Shown here: one piece after another, positions 60,001 to 64,000 of the stretch
Layout of the letters: every line of letters begins with the position of its first letter
Position numbering within the stretch: position 1 is the stretch's first letter
From: Pristiophorus japonicus
Lineage: Eukaryota
Assembly (NCBI RefSeq): GCF_044704955.1
Contig: NC_091984.1
Span: 147,374,001-147,438,000, forward strand
Length of the DNA stretch: 64,000 bases
Reading direction: 5' to 3'
Position numbers and translations under genes: made by a program
Notes under the pieces: model-generated
Told to the model about the DNA's origin: nothing
Seen by the model: only the letters and a program-made list of their open reading frames with translations
Databases searched by the model: none

Positions 60001-61262
60001 GGATGGAATTACTGCAATAGTGAGAAATTATATTGGCTCAAATGATCAGGATGTTGAAACTGTTTGGGAGGAGATAAGGAATAATAAGGGGAAAAAGTCA
60101 CTGGTGGGCATAGTCTATAGGTCCCCTAACAGTAGCAACTCTGTTGGTCGGAGTATAAACCAAGAAATAGTGGGGGCCTGTAAAAATGGATCAGCAATAA
60201 TTATGGGTGATTTTAACCTCCACATTGATTGGATAAATCAAATTGGTCAGGGTAGTCTTGAGGAAGAGTTCATAGAGTGCATAAGGGACGGGTTCCTTGA
60301 GCAGTCTGTAATGGAACCAACCAGGGGGCAGGCTATCTTAAATCTGGTCCTGTGTAATGAGACAGGATTAGTAAACAATCTCCCAGTAAAGGATCCCCTT
60401 GGACTGAGTGATGATAACATGGTTCAATTTCAAATTCAGATGGAGGGTGAGAAAGATGGATCTCTAACCAGCGTACTAAGCTTAAATAAAGGAGACTACA
60501 AAGGTATAAGTGCAGAGTTGGCTAAAATGGACTGGGAAAATAGATTAAAGTGTAGGACGGCTGATGAACAGTGGCGCACATATGAAGGAGATATTTCACA
60601 ACTCTCAAGAAAAATATATTCTAGTGAGGAGGAAAGGGTGCAAAAGAAAAGATAGCCATCCGTGGCTAACTAAAGAAATAAACAACGGTATCCAATTAAA
60701 AACAAGGGCATACAAAGTGGCCAAAACTAGTGGAAGGACAGAAGATTGGGAAGCTTTTAAAAGCCAACAAAGAATGACTAAAAAAATGATTAAGAAGGGG
60801 AAGATAGACGATGAAAGTAAACGAGCACAAAATATAAAAACAGATAGCAAGAGTTTCTATCGGTATATAAAAAGGAAAAGAGTGGCTAAAGTAAATGATG
60901 GTCCCTGAGAGGACAAAACCAGGGAATTAGTGATGAGGAACATGGAGATGGCAGAAACTCTGAACAAAGATTTTGTATCAGTCTTTACGGTAGAGGACAC
61001 TGAGATGAGGAGGAATTTCTTCTCTCAGAGGGTTGTACATCTGTGGAATTTGCTGCCTCAGAGAGCTGTGGAGGCTGGGTCATTGAATATATTTAAGACA
61101 GAGATGGACAGTTTCATAACTGATAAGGGAATAAGGGGTTATGGGGAGCGGGCAGGGAAGTTGACCTGAGTCCATGATCGGATTGGCCATGATCGTATTA
61201 AATGGTGGAGCAGGCTCGAGAGGCTGTGTGGCCTACTCCTGCTCCTATTTCGTATGTTCTTA
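57085..61262 (+). mobile_element. Mosaic of degraded CR1 segments (EN/RT 57085-59410; ORF1 end plus EN 59440-60995; 3' end to 61262)
   Basis: ORFs 57293-58390, 59503-59919, 59993-60655 and 60564-60908 with CR1 motifs. Confidence 0.88.
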
Positions 61263-61359
61263 AAATGAGGAGGAGTGGGACTAATTGGGTAAATCTTTCA
61301 AAGAGCCGGCACAGGCACGATGGGCCGAATGGCCTCCTTCTGTGCTGTAAGATTCTAGT

Positions 61360-61560
61360 CTGTGAGCGCGGTTCACAGTTTTCTCCCACGTCATTAACAA
61401 ACGTACAGCTGTGACAACCTCTCTCTTTCACTTCCTCTGTGGGTGAAGTTTAATTCTTCCGATCTGACAATCTCTTCAGTTATTTTTTGCACGGGGGATT
61501 TCTGCTGTGGTCTGAGTCTCTAATAATAACGGTCCAATCAGGCAGAATAACAGCAGCTCG
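61360..61560. promoter_or_regulatory. Candidate Ig light-chain intronic enhancer
   Basis: Non-repeat island with EICE, E-box, kappaB-like, RUNX, TGACGTGG and CCAAT motifs within ~155 bp. Confidence 0.45.
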
Positions 61561-61574
61561 GACCGGCTCGGACA

Positions 61575-61735
61575 GCGGACCCAGGCTCAGTGCTGACCCT
61601 GCAACGTCCCCCTCACCAACATCTGGGGACTTGTGCCAAAAGTGGGAGAGCTGCCCCACAGACTAGTCAAGCACCAGCCTGACATTGTCCTACTCACAGA
61701 ATCAGAGCTTTCAGCCAATGTCCTACTGCACCCCC
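61575..61735 (+). mobile_element. LINE endonuclease N-terminal fragment
   Basis: Translates as NIWGLVPKVGELPHRLVKHQPDIVLLTES. Confidence 0.7.
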
Positions 61736-61984
61736 ACCACTGACCTTCCTGCCCCCGAAATCCGTGAATCCTTAAACAGGAACCCGTTTGAAGAACAGTT
61801 TGTTTTGAAGTTCTGGGTGTGAAAGAGTCTTTGCTGAGAAAACAATCACTATCACGAGAGAAAAAGTTACTCGGTAAAATAATGGAACTAAAGGTGCACA
61901 AGTCCCCTGTACCTGATGGCCTGCATCCTAGGCTCTTAAATGAAGTGGCTGCAGAGATAGTGGATGCATTGGTTGAAATGCATC

Positions 61985-63652
61985 AGAGGGTCTAGTGAGG
62001 AGGAGGAACTGAAGGATATCCTTGTTCGGCGGGAAATTGTGTAAGTGAAATTGATGGGATTGAAGGCCGATAAATCCCCGGGGCCTGATAGTCTGCATCC
62101 CAGAGTACTTAAGGATGTGGCCCTAGAAATAGCGGATGCATTTGTGATAATTTTCCAACAGTCTACTGACTCTGGATCAGTTCCTTTGGACTGGAGGGTA
62201 GCTAATGTAACACCACTTTTTAAAAAAGGAGGGAGAGAGAAAGTGGATAATTATGGACCGGTTAGCCTGACATCAGTACTGCGGAAAATGTTGGAATCAA
62301 TTATTAAGGATGAAATAGCAGCGCAATTGGAAAGCAGTGACAGGATTGGTCCAAGTCAGCATGGATTTATAAAGGGGAAATCATGCTTGACAAATCTTCT
62401 GGAATGTTTTGAGGATGTAACTGGGAGAGTAGACAAGGGAGAACCAGTGGATGTGGTGTATTTGGACTTTCAAAAGGCTTTTGACTAGATCCCACACAGG
62501 AGATTGGTGTGCAAAATCAAAGCACTTGGTATTGGGGGTAATATACTGACGCGGATAGAGAACTGGTTGGCAGACAGGAAGCAGAGAGTCGGGATAAATT
62601 GGTCCTTTTCAGAATGGCAGGCAGTGACTAGTGGAGTGCCACAGGGCTCAGTGCTGGAACCCCAGCTCTTTACAATATACGTCAATGATTTGGATGAAGG
62701 AATCGAGTGTAATATCTCCAAGTTTGCAGATGACACTAAACTGGGTGGCAGTGTGAGCTGTGAGAGGGACGCTAGGAGGCTGCAGGGTGAATTGGACAGG
62801 TTAGGTGAGTGGGCAAATGCATGGCAGATGCAGTATAATGTGGATAAATGTGAGGTTATCCACTTTGGGGGTAAAAATGCGAAGACAGAATATTATCTGA
62901 ATGGTGGCAGATTCGGAAAAGGGGAGGTGCAACGAGACCTGGGTGTCATGGTTCATCAGTCATTGAAAGTTGGCACACAGGTACAGCAGGCGGTGAGGAA
63001 GGCAAATGGTATGTTGGCCTTCATTGCTAGGCGATTTGAGTACAGGAGCAGGGAGGCCTTACTGCAGTTGTACAGGGCCTTAGTGAGGCCTCACCTGGAA
63101 TATTGTGTTCAGTTTTGGTCTCCTAATCTGAGGAAGGACGTTCTTGCTATTGAGGGAGTGCAGCGAAGGTTCATCAGACTGATTCCCGGGATGGCTGGAC
63201 TGACATATGAGGAGAGACTGGATCAACTGGGCCTGTATTCACTGGAGTTTAGAAGGATGAGATGGGATCTCATAGAAACATATAAAATTCTGACGAGACT
63301 GGACAGGTTAGATGTGGGTAGAATGTTCCCGATGTTGGGGAAGTCCAGAACCAGGGGACACAGTCTTAGGATAAGGGGTAGGCCATTTAGGACTGCGATG
63401 AGGAGAAACTTCTTCAATCAGAGAGTTGTTAACCTGTGGAATTCCCTGCCGCAGAGATTTGTTGATGCCAGTTCATTAGGTATATTCAAGAGGGAGTTAG
63501 ATATGGCCCTTACTGCTAAGGGGATCAAGGGATATGGAGAGAAAGCAGGAAAGGGGTACTAAGGGAATGATCAGCCATGATCTTATTGAATGGTGGTGCA
63601 GGCTCGAAGGGCCGAATGGCCTACTCCTGCACCTATTTTCTATGTTTCTATG
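61985..63652 (+). mobile_element. CR1 (HER1-like) 3' 1.7 kb nested in another CR1 (61850-61975, resuming 63653-64000)
   Basis: ORFs 62045-62488 and 62504-63562 separated by a stop; FADDTKL; (TTTCTATG)n tail. Confidence 0.93.
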
Positions 63653-64000
63653 TAAATCTACCAAAGTTCCCTGGATTCTAGAGATGTCCCAGCAGATTGG
63701 AAAACTGCAAATATAACGACCCTATTTAAAAAAGGAAGGAGACAGAAAACAGTAAACTATAGACCAGTTAGCCTAACATCTGTCGTTGGGAAAATGCTGG
63801 TGTCCATTATTAAGAAAGCAGTAATAGGACATTTGGAAAAGCATAATTCAGTCAAGCAGAGTCAGCATGGACTTATGAAAGGGAAATAATGTTTGACACA
63901 TTTGCTGGAGTTCTTTGAGGAAGTAATGTGCAGGATGGATATGGGGGAACAAGTGGATACGGTGTATTTGGATTTCCAGAAGGGATTCAATAAGGTGCCA

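Noticed and set aside
61395-61440. J segment ending VVTA plus GTACGT donor on the minus strand
   Set aside because: No FGxG/WGxG motif and no RSS upstream
62045-63562. Active CR1 reverse transcriptase gene
   Set aside because: 5'-truncated with an internal stop; no CR1 copy in the window is intact

Overview
Vertebrate genomic DNA, almost certainly from a cartilaginous fish (shark). This is inferred from the HER1-type CR1 LINEs, the Deu-domain SINEs and an elasmobranch-type Ig light-chain exon. The window is mostly decayed mobile DNA. The only clear host coding sequence is an intact immunoglobulin light-chain constant exon of the shark type III/kappa class (55147-55475, minus strand); its V and J segments lie outside the window. 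Around that exon are a 23-bp-spacer RSS followed by a degenerate J-like motif 2 kb downstream, an intronic heptamer just upstream (together resembling a kappa-deleting arrangement), a probable 3'-UTR intron and a non-repetitive island with B-cell enhancer motifs (~61.4 kb). Most of 4.85-51.7 kb is a large inverted duplication, with a left arm at ~4852-26463 and a right arm at ~42889-51710. After the duplication the left arm gained nested CR1s and two nested Mag-like Ty3/Gypsy elements. Between the arms lies a defective retrovirus-like provirus (27246-39714, minus strand). It has a tRNA-Arg PBS, a coiled-coil Gag, a gag/pro in-frame TGA, RT with two RNase H-type domains, an integrase, and an env-like ORF carrying an Ig-fold motif. 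Its architecture is lokiretrovirus-like, its two LTRs are discordant, and a complete Harbinger transposon sits in its 5' LTR. All family assignments come from motif recognition by eye; no database search was run.
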